A stretch of 64,000 bases of DNA from Macrostomum lignano (taxonomy: Eukaryota), in assembly GCA_002269645.1 (NCBI GenBank), contig NIVC01002245.1:1-64000 (forward strand). Reading direction: 5' to 3'. Position 1 is the stretch's first letter. Each line of letters opens with the position of its first letter. The notes under the pieces were generated by a model. That model saw only the letters and a program-made list of their open reading frames with translations. It was not told the origin of the DNA and made no database searches. Both the position numbers and the translations under genes were made by a program. Of this stretch, positions 9,579 to 22,049 are shown in pieces.

Positions 9579-10076
9579 TTGCTATTCTGTGGCAGGCTTG
9601 AGTTGAGGAATGAAGTGAGGGGGGGGGGTGCAGTGTGCGAGGGTTTTGTTGGATGGATTAAAGCTACCCAATCAGTTTTATTGTATATTTTATTTCAGAA
9701 TAGTCCATGAGAAATTGCTCACTGGGGCATAGAGTGGCAAATTTCAAACAATAAAAAAATAGATTTAGAAGAAAGTCAAATGTTCAAAAAACAATTTTTC
9801 ATGCTTTCCAAGTTTGGATTTTGAATTCGAATGCCCCCATGGGGGCTTAATGCGCTAGTATGTACTTTTTTTGTTTATGTTTTTTTACTTTTGATTATAG
9901 CTAGGACACTTGACTTCAATATAATATAATTAAATATGCATCAATATATACGATTTTTAATCAGAAGCATATAGATAAAAAATTATTCTATTCGAATTTT
10001 CCTGCTGTTAGTAGTGTCATTCAGTTCATTTGCTAATTTGCTTCAGATATTTATTAAAATCTAAATACAAAGTCAG

Positions 10077-11360
10077 ATGGAGCGCCGGTTCATATCGGAG
10101 AAGCAGTTGGCTGACATTGCCAGCAGCGGAAACTGGAACGAGGCGGCCAGGGCGATGAAGAGCAGGAGCCATACGACCCGCGCTCCCTCTATGAGCGTCT
10201 GCAGGAGCAGAAAGACAAAAAGCAAGCAGAATATGAGGAGCAGCACGCGTTACGAAATCAGGTTTCTGAGATAATAAAAGCCGCTTTATACTACTTACTA
10301 AACTGGCTACTAGTATCAAAAAGCTAACTTAACAATTCCCTATTGTAATTCCATTTCGTATGGAGGGCGTCCTCTTTGTCTGGGCACCCTTTACTCGGCA
10401 GCCTTGGATCGCCTCCTCAGAACAGCCTCTTCCAGGACACCATGTACCCTTTCCATCCAAGGACACCCAGGACACCCTGGACAGCCTTTCCCAGGACACT
10501 CTGGACAGCCTTTCCTAAGACACCCTGGACACCATTTTCCAGGACACTATGGACCCTTCCCAGGACACTTTGGACAGCTTTACTAAGACACCCTGGACAG
10601 CTTTTCTCAGGACACCATAGACCCTTTGCGAAGACACCATGGACCCTTTCCCAGGACACCATAGACCCTTTGCGAAGACACCATGGACCCTTTCCCAGGA
10701 CACCCTAGATAGCCTTTCCCAGGACGCAATGGACAGTTTTTTACCAGTATATCCTTTGCCTAGAAATCTTCTCTGGACACGCCTTTCCTTGGACGCGCTC
10801 CTCTCTCAGGACACCTCCAAACACTACTTGAGTAGTCAGTACTGTAGATTAATGTAATTATTCAAGTTCCCAAAGTGGACCAATCACCCCGCCGCCGGCA
10901 GGTGTCCCGCATCACGGAGGACGAGGCTCAGTTTCTGTCCGACCTGGCCAAGCGCCAAGCCGAAGAGGAGCGCCAACGCCGCGCCGAGGACCGCGCCCTC
11001 ATCGAGGCCTACAACCGTGCGGTGCAGGGCCGCAAGCCCGCGGCAGATCCGAGCGCTGGAGACGTCACCGCCGCGCCTGTGACTGTGTCGATCAGCGTCT
11101 CCAACTCGTCTGGCGCCGGTCCCAAAAAGACCAGCGCCCAGCGCAGTCTGCTGGGCCGGGCTGTTGCCGTGAAACGAAAATTGCCCATTGACTCAGCTGG
11201 CGGCAATGATGAGGCATCGTCTCAGTCTCAGCCTCCGGCAAAGTCGGTCGCCGATTCAAAGACAGAAGCGAAACCTGAGGCAAAGGATGCCGCGGTGTCG
11301 CTTTTAGCCGCCTACGCGACTGACTCAGACTCAGAGGCTGATGAGGCATCAGCGTTTTGA
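10077..11360 (+). CDS. PSME3IP1: PSME3-interacting protein (FAM192A/NIP30); join(10077..10261,10902..11360) with a 1-nt deletion near 10119
   Basis: Repaired exon 1 reads [14 protein letters not shown](R)QQRKLE...[28 protein letters not shown] intron in phase 0. Exon 2 begins [12 protein letters not shown]. Confidence 0.85.
10420..10720. repeat. Degenerate ~22-bp minisatellite (gacaccatggaccctttcccag) in the PSME3IP1 intron
   Basis: Tandem units read directly. Confidence 0.85.
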
Positions 11361-11540
11361 GTTTGGCCTGCCTTTTTCGTGTTTTTAACAATTATGCATT
11401 TTTCAGATTTCAGTAACTGACATTCTTGGTTGGCCTTTGAATTTGTTAATGAAACATGTTGTTTACGGGTCAAAATCTCTTGTAAAGTAGTGATCCCGAA
11501 CTAAAAAAAAATTTGGGAATTTGATTAGTTCTAGAAATGA

Positions 11541-12030
11541 GATTTTGCGATTTGGGGAATTCTAGGTGTCAGGTTTTGCGATTTGGGGAATTCTAGGTGT
11601 CAGATTTCACAATTTGGGGAATTCTAGGTGTCAGGTTTTGCGATTTGGGGAATTCTAGGTGTCAGGCTTTGCGATTTGGGGAATTCTAGGTGTCAGGTTT
11701 TGCGATTTGGGGAATTCTAGGTGTCAGGCTTTGCGATTTGGGGAATTCTAGGTGTCAGGTTTTGCGATTTGGGGAATTCTAGGTGTCAGGCTTTGCGATT
11801 TGGGGAATTCTAGGTGTCAGGCTTTGCGATTTGGGGAATTCTAGGTGTCAGGCTTTGCGATTTGGGGAATTCTAGGTGTCAGGTTTTGCGATTTGGGGAA
11901 TTCTAGTTTGTCAGGTTTTGCGATTTGGGGAATTCTAGGTGTCAGGTTTTGCGATTTGGGGAATTCTAGTTTGTCAGGTTTTGCGATTTGGGGAATTCTA
12001 GGTGTCAGGTTTTGCGATTTGGGGAATTCT
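11541..12030. repeat. 31-bp minisatellite (ttttgcgatttggggaattctaggtgtcagg), about 16 copies
   Basis: Tandem units read directly. Confidence 0.95.
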
Positions 12031-12622
12031 AGGGGTGAGATGAAAATTCAGGGGTTAGAATTTAGAGTTGGGTTTGAAATGACCAGCTTTGGCTTCAATA
12101 TTCTCACATAGTAACTTTTATTTGTAATATTAAGTCGATATTTGTATTTAAAGCGAAACAATATTTTGCTAATAAAAAGCTGTAGTAATCTATTAAAAAC
12201 CACTTCAAAGCTGCGCACTTGTTTTCCTATAATTATTTCTTGTTTCTCACAGAGCGCCCCTGTGCAGAGTTTGTTCCCAGCAACTCGAAACAATTTAGGG
12301 GGAATTATTATTTATAGATGTGAACATTATCCCAAATCCGCTTGTCGATATTTTAGAATTGTAGTTTTTGTTCCTAGCTCCAATAAGCGATCGATCTGGC
12401 TGGCCCCGTTCTCAATAGGAAATGACTCAAAATTGGGGCACTTCAACACTCACTCCCAGAATGCACTTTGGCTGGTGGAGGGGGCTGGGCGGAAAAATGA
12501 AGCCAAGTACGCGTATAGCAGTATGAGGAACAGATCCCCGCCTCCCCAAATCGGATAAGAAATTACAAATTAAGACGCGCTTGATTAGCTCTGGAGCCCT
12601 AGTCTGACTCCCTCCCGTTGCT

Positions 12623-15600
12623 ATGCCAACCAGGACAGTTGGCTTAAAGAAGCTACTCATTCGCAATTTCCAGTTGCGCAATCAGTCTCAAGCTTCGGCT
12701 TCGGCCGCTGCTGCCGCCGCCGCGGCTCCGCACGCCAGCCGCTACGTGGCCGACCCGACCGGGGCAGCGGCCGCGGCCGCCTCCGTCCTGTCGCTGTCCT
12801 CGGCCGGCGGCTCCGCTGCTCATCGATTCGAAGGCGACCCGGCCGACACCGTTCACTACTGGAGCCTGGTGGGCAGCTGGGAGGACTTCAAGCGAAGCAA
12901 GCACACCATGGTGGCGCATATCGAGGCTGGCAGATACTTCCTGTACGCTTTCGGTGGCGACAATGGCCGCGCTACGTTGAATGACGTGCTCAGGTGAAGT
13001 GTCCATCACTAACCCTGAGTCTCTAGACTGGTGTCTAACCCTGAGTCTCTAGACTAGTGTCTAACCCTGAGTCTCTAGACTGGTGTCTAACCCTGAGTCT
13101 CTAGACTAGTGTCTAACCCTGAGTCTCTAGACTGGTGTCTAACCCTGAGTCTCTAGACCGGTGTCTAACCCTGAGTCTCTAGACTGGTGTCTCACCCTGA
13201 GTCTCTAGACTAGTGTCTGACCCTGAGTCTCTAAGACTGGTGTCTCACCCTGAGTCTCTAGACTGGTGTCTAACCCTGAGTCTCTAGACTGGTGTCTAAC
13301 CCTGAGTCTCTAGACTGGTGTCTAACCCTGAATCTCTAGACTGGTGTCTCACCCTGAGTCTCTAAGACTGGTGTCTCACCCTGAGTCTCTAGACTGGTGT
13401 CTCACCCTGAGTCTCTAGACTGGTGTCTCACCCTGAGTCTCTAGACAGACTGGTGTCTAACCAGTCTAAAATTTAGGATCTCAGCCCTGAATCTCTGACG
13501 ATCTCACCATTGAATCTCCAGAAATGTCATCCGTAAATCTCCATAAATACGAGTATCATCCCTAAATCTGCAGAAGTCTCATCCCTGAATCTCCAGAAAT
13601 CTCATCCCTGAATCTCCAGAAATCTCATCCCTGAATCTCCAGAAATCTCATCCCTGAATCTCCAGAAATCTCATCCCTGAATCTCCAGAAATCTCATCCG
13701 TAAATCTTGAAGAATCCCAGGCTGAATCTCTCACTAAATCCATTTCTCGCTAACCGCGTCTCCACCACGTCAGATACGACATCGAAGCCCGCACGTGGAC
13801 GCAGGTGCTGCCAGTGAACGGCACCCCGCCGGCGCCCCGCTACACTCACTCAGCGGTGGTCGCCGACGACTCCATGCTGATATTCGGTGGCTACACAGGC
13901 GAAGAGAACAAAAACGACCTGTTCGAGTACCGGTTCGGCTCGCGCTACTGGGCCGAGTGGAAATTCGACGCCAAATCGGCAAAGCCTGTGCCGCGCACCG
14001 CCCATTGCGCTTTTGTCTACAACGGCAGGATGTGGATCTACGCCGGATACGACGGCAACAGGCGGCTCAACGACCTGTGGAACACGCCCGTGCCGTCTAG
14101 CTACGGAGCCTCCCCCATGGCCGTTCACTTCTGGGAGGAGGCCCAGCAGATGGGCGCCCAGCCGCCGCCTCTGTGCAACTTCTCGCTGACGGTGGGTTTG
14201 AGAGAAGCATTTTGTGTCATAGCCAGTGCCTCATTGTAGTCACAGCCAGTGCCGCATATTGCAGTCACAGCCAGTGCCTCATTGTAGTCACAGCCAGTGC
14301 CGCATATTGCAGTCACAGCCAGTGCCTCATTATAGTCACAGCCAGTGCCTCATATTGTTGTCACAGCCAGTGCCTCATATTGTTGTCACAGCCAGTGCCG
14401 CATATTGCAGTCACAGCCAGTGCCTCATTGTAGTCACAGCCAGTGCCGCATATTGCAGTCACAGCCAGTGCCGCATATTGTAGTCACAGCCAGTGCCGCA
14501 TATTGTTGTCACAGCCAGTGCCGCATATTGCAGTCACAGCCAGTGCCTCATTGTAGTCACAGCCAGTGCCGCATATTGCAGTCACAGCCAGTGCCGCATA
14601 TTGTAGTCACAGTCAGTGCCTCATTGTAGTCACAGCCAGTGCCGCATATTGCAGTCACAGCCAGTGCCTCATTATAGTCACAGCCAGTGCCTCATATTGT
14701 TGTCACAGCCAGTGCCGCATATTGTTGTCACAGCCAGTGCCGTATATTGCAGTCACAGCCAAGTGCCTCATTATAGTCACAGCCAGTGCCTCATTATAGT
14801 CACAGCCAAGTGCCTCATTATAGTCACAGCCAGTGCCTCATTATAGTCACAGCCAATGCCTCATTATAGTCACAGCCAGTGCCTCATTATAGTCACAGCC
14901 AATGCCTCATTATAGTCACAGCCAGTGCCTCATATTGTTGTCACAGCCAGTGCCTCATTATAGTCACAGCCAATGCCTCATTATAGTCACAGCCAGTGCC
15001 TCATATTGTTAATCACAGTCAATGCCGCATATTGTAGTCACAGTCAGTGCCTCATTGTAGTCACAGCCAGTGCCGCATATTGCAGTCACAGCCAGTGCCT
15101 CATTATAGTCACAGCCAGTGCCTCATATTGTTGTCACAGCCAGTGCCGCATATTGTTAATCACAGTCAATGCCGCATATTGTAGTCACAGTCAGTGCCTC
15201 ATATTGTCACAGCCAAGTGCCTCATTATAGTCACAGCCAGTGCCTCATTATAGTCACAGCCAGTGCCTCATTATAGTCACAGCCAATGCCTCATTATAGT
15301 CACAGCCAGTGCCTCATTATAGTCACAGCCAATGCCTCATTATAGTCACAGCCAGTGCCTCATATTGTTGTCACAGCCAGTGCCTCATATTGTTGTCACA
15401 GCCAGTGCCTCATATTGTTAATCACAGTCAATGCCGCATATTGTAGTCACAGTCAGTGCCTCATTGTAGTCACAGCCAGTGCCGCATATTGCAGTCACAG
15501 CCAGTGCCTCATTATAGTCACAGCCAGTGCCTCATATTGTTGTCACAGCCAGTGCCGCATATTGTTAATCACAGTCAATGCCGCATATTGTAGTCACAGT

Positions 15601-18600
15601 CAGTGCCTCATATTGTCACATGTCACAGCGACAGTCGCAGTGTCTCATCCAGTGCCTGAATATATGTCCGAATCTTTGTTGTGAAATATTTCATAACTGA
15701 CAGGCTCACATTTATTATCTCTTGTACTATATAAAGTTTATTTAATCTGCACATCCGCCTTCCAGCTTACTATAAATAGTCTCGTATTAAACGCCCTAAA
15801 AACCCGCAGGTCTGCAGGGACACTCTGTTCGTATTTAGCGGCGAGAGCGGCAGCAAGTCCTCTAACAAGCTTTACCAATACGACTTCTCCAGCAGCCACT
15901 GGTCGGTTATCAATCGCGACAACGTGTTGGGCTGCGTAGCCCCCGCGCCGGAGAAAGTGTTCGGCCACTCTATGCTGAGCTACGGCCGGCACCTGTTTGT
16001 GTTCGGCGGCGTGACCGGCTCGTCCGTTATGAACCAGCTGTTTAGCTACGATCTGGACGATAAAACCTGGTCCACTGTGGAGCCCGCCGCTGGTTCGTTG
16101 CTTTTTGGGATTGGCCCATTTTGGCCCATTGCGGGGTTAAACTGGAGGGTAAAGAAGAGAACTAGAGGGTGAAGAAGAGAACTGGAGGGTGAAGAAGAGA
16201 ACTAGAGGGTAAAGAAGAGAACTGGATGGTGAAGAAGAGAACTAGAGGGTAAAGAAGAGAACTGGATGGTAAAGAAGAGAGCTGGAGGGTAAAGAAAAGA
16301 GCTGGAGGGTAAAGAAGAGAGCTGGAGGGTAAAGAAGAGAACTGGAGGGTAAAGAAAAGAACTGGAGGGTAAAGAAGAGAGCTGGATGGTAAAGAAGAGA
16401 GCTGGAGGGTAAAGAAGAGAACTGGATGGTAAAGAAGAGAGCTGGAGGGTAAAGAAAAGAGCTGGAGGGTAAAGAAGAGAGCTGGAGGGTAAAGAAGAGA
16501 ACTGGAGGGTAAAGAAAAGAACTGGAGGGTAAAGAAGAGAGCTGGATGGTAAAGAAGAGAACTGGATGGTAAAGAAGAGAACTGGATGGTAAAGAAGAGA
16601 GCTGGAGGGTAAAGAAAAAAACTAGAGGGTAAAGAAAAAAAACTAGAGGGTGAAGAAGACAGGCTATAAGACCTATCAGAGTGATATGAAAGCTGTTAAA
16701 TCCATCCACTGCAACTGCAGGCAGTCGCGTACCAGACGGCCGGCTGTACCACAGCGCAGTGCTGGTGGACTCCAGCATGTACATATTCGGCGGCAATGTT
16801 GAAAAGAACCTATTCAGCGGCGACATGTACAGAATCCAGCTGTCCAGCTATCCCCGCTGCACGCTGCAGGACGATTTCGGCAGACTGTTGCAGAGTAACA
16901 TGCTGTGCGATGTTGAGTTCCTTGTTGGCCCTGATAAGCAGTCGATCATGGCGCACCAGTGCTTCCTGGCTGCCAGGTGCGGCTTGAGTTTTATTGTATC
17001 TTATTGGTCTGCAGACATCTGGGGAATGCTTATATTGTTTTAGATTTTGAGCTGGTAGGGAAGAGGTTTTCTAATGGAATGTGGCCGAAATATTTAGATT
17101 GTGTAATAAAATTCTTGGATATATCGGATTTGTCAATAGGGTTCTATAGGGCATATTTATGAAATTTTAAAAGTCAAAATTGTATTGCTAAAAGATTCTT
17201 AGAAACATGGGAATTACGAGGGGAAGTCAAAAAGTAATGATAATTTTGCTGTCACGCCTAAAATATCAGAGTTATTGAACTGCAACTGGTTTCATTTGAA
17301 AAAAACATCTTTTGATCTTTATTTGACAGAGTTTTGGTTCTTCTAAAGTGATTGATGCCTGCATGGTGACACTCTAATCACAGTATACCCTTTCAGCAAT
17401 GGAAAATTCAAAAATCGAAGCTCGTACTAACGTGACGTTTCTTGTATAGCTTGGTTGGAAGCCAGCCGAAATCATTGACGCTTTGAAGAAGGTCTATGGG
17501 GACACTGCTCCACCAGATCCAACCATTTATTGCTGGATTCGAGCTTTTAAGGAAGGCCGAGAGTCCACGGAGACGCCCAGCGGTCGGGAAGGCCCACAAC
17601 ATCGTGCACAGGGGAAAGTGTGGCAGCTGTGCAGCCAGTGATTGAGCTGGATCGGCGCGTGACCATAGACAATATTGCTGACAAAGTGGGCATTGCTCAT
17701 GGCAGTGCTCACTCCATTGTGACGGACTGTCTTGGTCTGAGCAAGCTGAGTGCCCGCTGGGTCCCGAGGCTGTTGCGGCCTGAACACTGGTTTCAGCACA
17801 CTGAGTGTGCCATCAACCTGCTGAACTGCTTGGACGCTAGTTCAGAAAACAGTTACCAGCGCTTAGTGACCGAGGATGAAACATGGATATTTCAGTACAA
17901 TCCCGAGTCCAAGGTCCAATCCAAGGACTGGCTGCCACGAGGTTCAGCAGGCCCCAAGAAGTTCCATGCGGAACAGTCTGCAGCGAAGGTCTTGGCGACG
18001 ATTCTCTGGGATGTTGAGGGAGTGGTGATGGTGGACTTCTTGGAAAGCCAGAAGACCATCAATGCCACCTATTATGCGTCGCTTCTGCAAAAGCTCCGCA
18101 TCGAACTGGCCAAAAAGCAACCTGGCAAGCTGCACCTTGGGATTCTCTTTCACCACGACAATGCACCAGCCCACACTTCTCGGCTCTGCCATGAAGCCCT
18201 GCAAGATTTCCGCTGGGAAATCCTCCAGCATCCTCCATATAGCCCTGGTTTGGCTCCTTCGGACTTTTTTTGCTTCCCAAGCTGAAGGAAGCAATCAAAA
18301 GGAGACCAAAATGAGGACAAAGAGGCTGCCAAAAAGGCTACTGTACAGTGGCTTGTTGCACAGCCTCCTGAGTTCTATGTGAACGGCCTGGAGAGATGGC
18401 GACACTGCATGGAGAAGCGTCTGACCCTGAAGGGGGACTATGTAGAAAAGTAGATTTCCATTTGAAGTTTGACACTCGTGACAACAAAATTATCATTACT
18501 TTTTGACTTCCCCTCGTAGGCAATAAGATTCTTAGAAACATGGGAATCAGGCAATAAGATTCTTAGAAACATGGGAATTAGACAATAAGATTCTTAGAAA

Positions 18601-19847
18601 TTTGGAAATTAGACAATAAGATTCTTAGAAATATGATGAGATTAGGCAATAAGATTCTTAGAAACATGGGAATCAGGCAATAAGATTCTTAGAAACATGG
18701 GAATTAGACAATAAGATTCTTAGAAATTTGGAAATTAGACAATAAGATTCTTAGAAATATGATGAGATTAGGCAATAAGATTCTTAGAAATTTGGAAAAT
18801 AGACAATAAGAATTCTTAGAAATATGATGAGATTGGGCAATAAGATTCTTAGAAATTTGGAAAATAGACAATAAGAATTCTTAGAAATATGATGAGATTA
18901 GGCAATAAGATTCTTAGAAATTTGGAAAATAGACAATAAGATTCTTAGAAATATGATGAGATTAGGCAATAAGATTCTTAGAAATTTGGAAAATAGACAA
19001 TAAGAATTCTTAGAAATATGATGAGATTAGGCAATAAGATTCTTAGAAATTTGGAAAATAGACAATAAGATTCTTAGAAATATGATGAGATTAGGCAATA
19101 AGATTCTTAGAAATTTGGAAAATAGACAATAAGAATTCTTAGAAATATGATGAGATTGGGCAATAAGATTCTTAGAAACATGGGACTTAACAATATGCCA
19201 ATGAGATTCTAAGAAACTGACCCTCCCCACCCCTGCCCGCAGGTCCTGCTTTCTCATCAATCGAATTCGCGAGGCCCGTCAGGCGGCGGCTCAGCAGGCG
19301 GCCGGCCAGCAGCCGCAGTCCGGTCCTCTGCGTGTCCGTCTGCCCGAGACCGATCCCACCGCCTTCCGCCTGATTCTGTCCTTTGTGTACACCGACCAGC
19401 TGCAGCCGGTCGAGAATGCCGAGGACATGCAGAACACGGCCACTATCCTGCTGATGATGCAGGTCTACCAGCTGGCCCTGCAGTTCCAGATGTCCAGGCT
19501 GCAGCACGTGGTCACGCAGTATCTGGAGTCCTGCATCAACGATCGCAATGTTGTTGTGACCTACGAGCGGGCTAGCGAATTGGGCCAAGTGCCCGTTAAA
19601 GAGTACTGCTTGAACTTTATGACCAAGGATTCCGTCTATAAATCTGTTATACACAGGTAAGTTGTTCGGGTGCAGTGGCTTGCTTTTTTAAATTAATGGA
19701 TAGACAGACGAACGGGCAGATAGACAGACAGACAGGAAGACATTGCCTGTTGTCTACAATATTGTGTCACTGTTCACTTCATGATTGTGTCAGACAGGCA
19801 GGCAGGCAGACAGATAGACAGACAGGCAGACGGGCCGACAGACAGAA

Positions 19848-19888
<41 letters not shown>

Positions 19889-20009
19889 TACATACAGACA
19901 CTAAGACAGACAGACAGACAGATAGACAGACATACATACAGACACTGAGACAGACATACATACAGACACTAAGACAGAGACAGATAGACAGACATACATA
20001 CAGACACTG

Positions 20010-20050
<41 letters not shown>

Positions 20051-21113
20051 TACATACAGACACTAAGACAGACAGACAGACAGATAGACAGACATACATA
20101 CAGACAGACAGACAGACAGACAGATAGACAGACATACATACAGACAGACAGACAGACAGACAGATAGACAGACATACATACAGACACTAAGACAGACAGA
20201 CAGACAGACAGACAGATAGACAGATAGACAGACATACATACATACAGACACTAAGACAGACAGACAGACAGACAGACAGATAGACAGACATACATACAGA
20301 CACTAAGACAGACAGACAGACCGATAGACAGACAGACAGACTACGCTCGTAGACAGCAGATGCGGAAAGGCACCAGCCCTGGCATAAACAAACCCCAAAA
20401 CTCCTTACAGCCGCGAGTTCGAAGAGCTGGACAAGCCGCTAATCCTGGAAGTTGTGCGGCGTCGCGAACGTTTTGCCGCCTCGCCGAGTGGCGCTGTGTC
20501 GACGGCCAACTCTGCTAATCGGATTATCGACGCGCACAAGCGCGACATTCTCGAGCACACGAACAGCTTAAAGAAAGATATGGCCATCTTTCTGAGCACG
20601 GTGGGGCCGGACTATTCGGACGTGACTCTGTTGCTAGGCGAACATCGAATACCCGCCCATCGGGCCGTTCTGGCCGCCCGCTGTGGCTACTTCGAAGCCC
20701 TGTTTCGCTCCTTCCCACCCAAGGACGATGTGGTTGAGGTGAGCTTCGGCAAATTCGTGCCAACCAAGCAGGCCTTCAGCAATCTGCTGCGCTACATCTA
20801 CTGCGGCGATATGAGCATGCCGCCGGCCGACCTCATGTACATTGCCAACGCCTGCGACTATTACAACTTCGCTAATGACAGGCTGCAGGCCTACTGCAAG
20901 CAGAATATTGAGGTCAATATTTCGCCCGATAATGTGCTCACTATTCTCGAAGCCGCTGATGTTATCAAATCTCAAGGCGTTAAATCGCACGCGCTAAGAA
21001 TTGTGGCTAAGAATGCTAGGCGCATTGTGGACGGTGAGCAGTCGGCTACGCTGCTGCGCCTGCCGCCTCAGCTGCTTGTTGAAATTCTGCGCGCTGTTGT
21101 GCTGGAGAAGTGA
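12623..21113 (+). CDS. LZTR1: Leucine-zipper-like transcriptional regulator 1 (Kelch plus two BTB-BACK); join(12623..12993,13774..14191,15810..16092,16721..16976,19243..19656,20411..21113)
   Basis: RSKHTMVA, FGGDNG...LNDVLR, GTPPAPRY, NKNDLFEYRF, AGYDGNRRLNDLW, YPRCTLQDDFGRL and RLQAYCKQNIEVNI match LZTR1. All five introns are GT-AG and phase-compatible. The start codon is the least certain part. Confidence 0.95.
13009..13700. repeat. LZTR1 intron 1: 26-bp (taaccctgagtctctagactggtgtc) array then 23-bp (ctcatccctgaatctccagaaat) array
   Basis: Tandem units read directly. Confidence 0.93.
14215..15620. repeat. LZTR1 intron 2: 23/25-bp gtcacagccagtgcc minisatellite
   Basis: Tandem units read directly; source of the CSHSQC-type spurious ORFs. 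Confidence 0.95.
16135..16655. repeat. LZTR1 intron 3: 20-bp purine-rich minisatellite (actggagggtaaagaagaga)
   Basis: Tandem units read directly. Confidence 0.95.
17217..18516 (+). mobile_element. Mariner (Tc1/mariner, DD34D type) DNA transposon, full length, in LZTR1 intron 4
   Basis: 40-bp TIRs cgaggggaagtcaaaaagtaatgataattttg(c/t)tgtcacg with 1 mismatch. TA duplication at 17215-16 and 18517-18. Length 1300 bp. Confidence 0.96.
17399..18453 (+). pseudogene. Mariner transposase, inactivated
   Basis: WVPRLL, TEDETW, HHDNAPAH and PYSPGLAPSDF motifs. In-frame TAG at codon 17 plus frameshifts. Confidence 0.92.
18519..19190. repeat. ~30-bp minisatellite (caataagattcttagaaa core) in LZTR1 intron 4
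   Basis: Tandem units; a partial first unit lies left of the mariner (17190-17216). Confidence 0.93.
19700..20342. repeat. (GACA)n compound microsatellite in LZTR1 intron 5
   Basis: Read directly. Confidence 0.97.
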
Positions 21114-21124
21114 TCCACAATTGG

Positions 21125-21447
21125 CAGGTAGCCAATCAGAGACCGCGGAATTAGATGGTGAGGAGAGAGGTGGCTCAAGTGTGTCTGGCCAGCCAATCAG
21201 AAGAGATGAAGCCGGTGAGGTGGCTAACAGTGGACCTGACCAGCCAATCAGAAGAGATGGGAGTGAGGTGGCTGTAACAGTGGGCCTGCCAGCCAATCAG
21301 AAGAGATAGGGGTGAGGTGGCTGTAACAGTGGACCTGGCCAGCCAATCAGAAGAGATAGAAATGAGGTGGCTGTAACAGTGAACCTAACCAGCCAATCAG
21401 AAGAGATAAGGGTGAGGTGGCTGTAACAGTGGGCCTGGCCAGCCAAT
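21125..21447 (+). repeat. ~52-bp repeat containing CCAATCAG, immediately 3' of the LZTR1 stop
   Basis: About 7 units of agccaatcagaagagat...gaggtggctgtaacagtg. Confidence 0.88.
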
Positions 21448-22049
21448 GATATCAACGAAAAATTCCTAAAATTAGCAATGAACTTTTATTGCAGTAAAAA
21501 AGCAATATGATACTTCATCCCATCAGCTGATATTTAATAAATGGGTTTTTCTGTTTGTGCAATGCTTTTTTCGCCCCGTAGTTTTTACCCAGCTTTCTAG
21601 CCACAGTGTTGGCTATTGCCAGTTCAGTATGCTTAATAATACCCCAGTGCTGTGCTGTGTTTTTCGTATTTTCATAATCTCATTCGTCATACTTGATTTG
21701 ATGTACAATATTAATAGAGCTGTTTTAATCCTGTTTTGTAGTTTATGTAAGATTTTAACTGAAAAAACTGATGCTTAAATTTTTCCAAGAGTTTCGATCA
21801 AATGCAATGTTGTTTAAAACAAAAATATATATCATACAGATGCAAAGATATGTATCTGTGGGCTTTATTTTTGTGTGCTGGCTTCCTGTGATTTATTCGT
21901 ATTGCCTCGAATAATGTGGCACTTCTCTGTGTACTTTTAGTAGGCACAATAATTATCTAGATTAGAAGTCTGGCTGTAGATTTTTTAGTATGACCTAGTC
22001 AACTCTTATTGTCTCTTAAAGACTTTATTACACCCGTGTCTGTCCCCTG

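Larger units (their letters stand above)
1..9580. mobile_element. Endogenous Polinton/Maverick- or adintovirus-like dsDNA virus, right-hand part; left end outside the window
   Basis: AT-rich, intronless, tightly packed ORFs. Contains a protein-primed PolB, a GG-ILP/GAAG pX-like ORF, a lectin fibre-like gene, and terminal inverted repeats containing AGTAGTAGT. Composition changes to host type before the first host exon at 10077. No capsid, packaging ATPase, protease or integrase is visible in the window. Confidence 0.88.

Noticed and set aside
14173-15684. Cys/His-rich ORFs (CSHSQC) resembling metal-binding proteins
   Set aside because: Translations of the intronic minisatellite in LZTR1 intron 2. 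The same applies to the CHECHK ORFs at 55632-56811 and the ASQILSC ORFs at 46397-54148.
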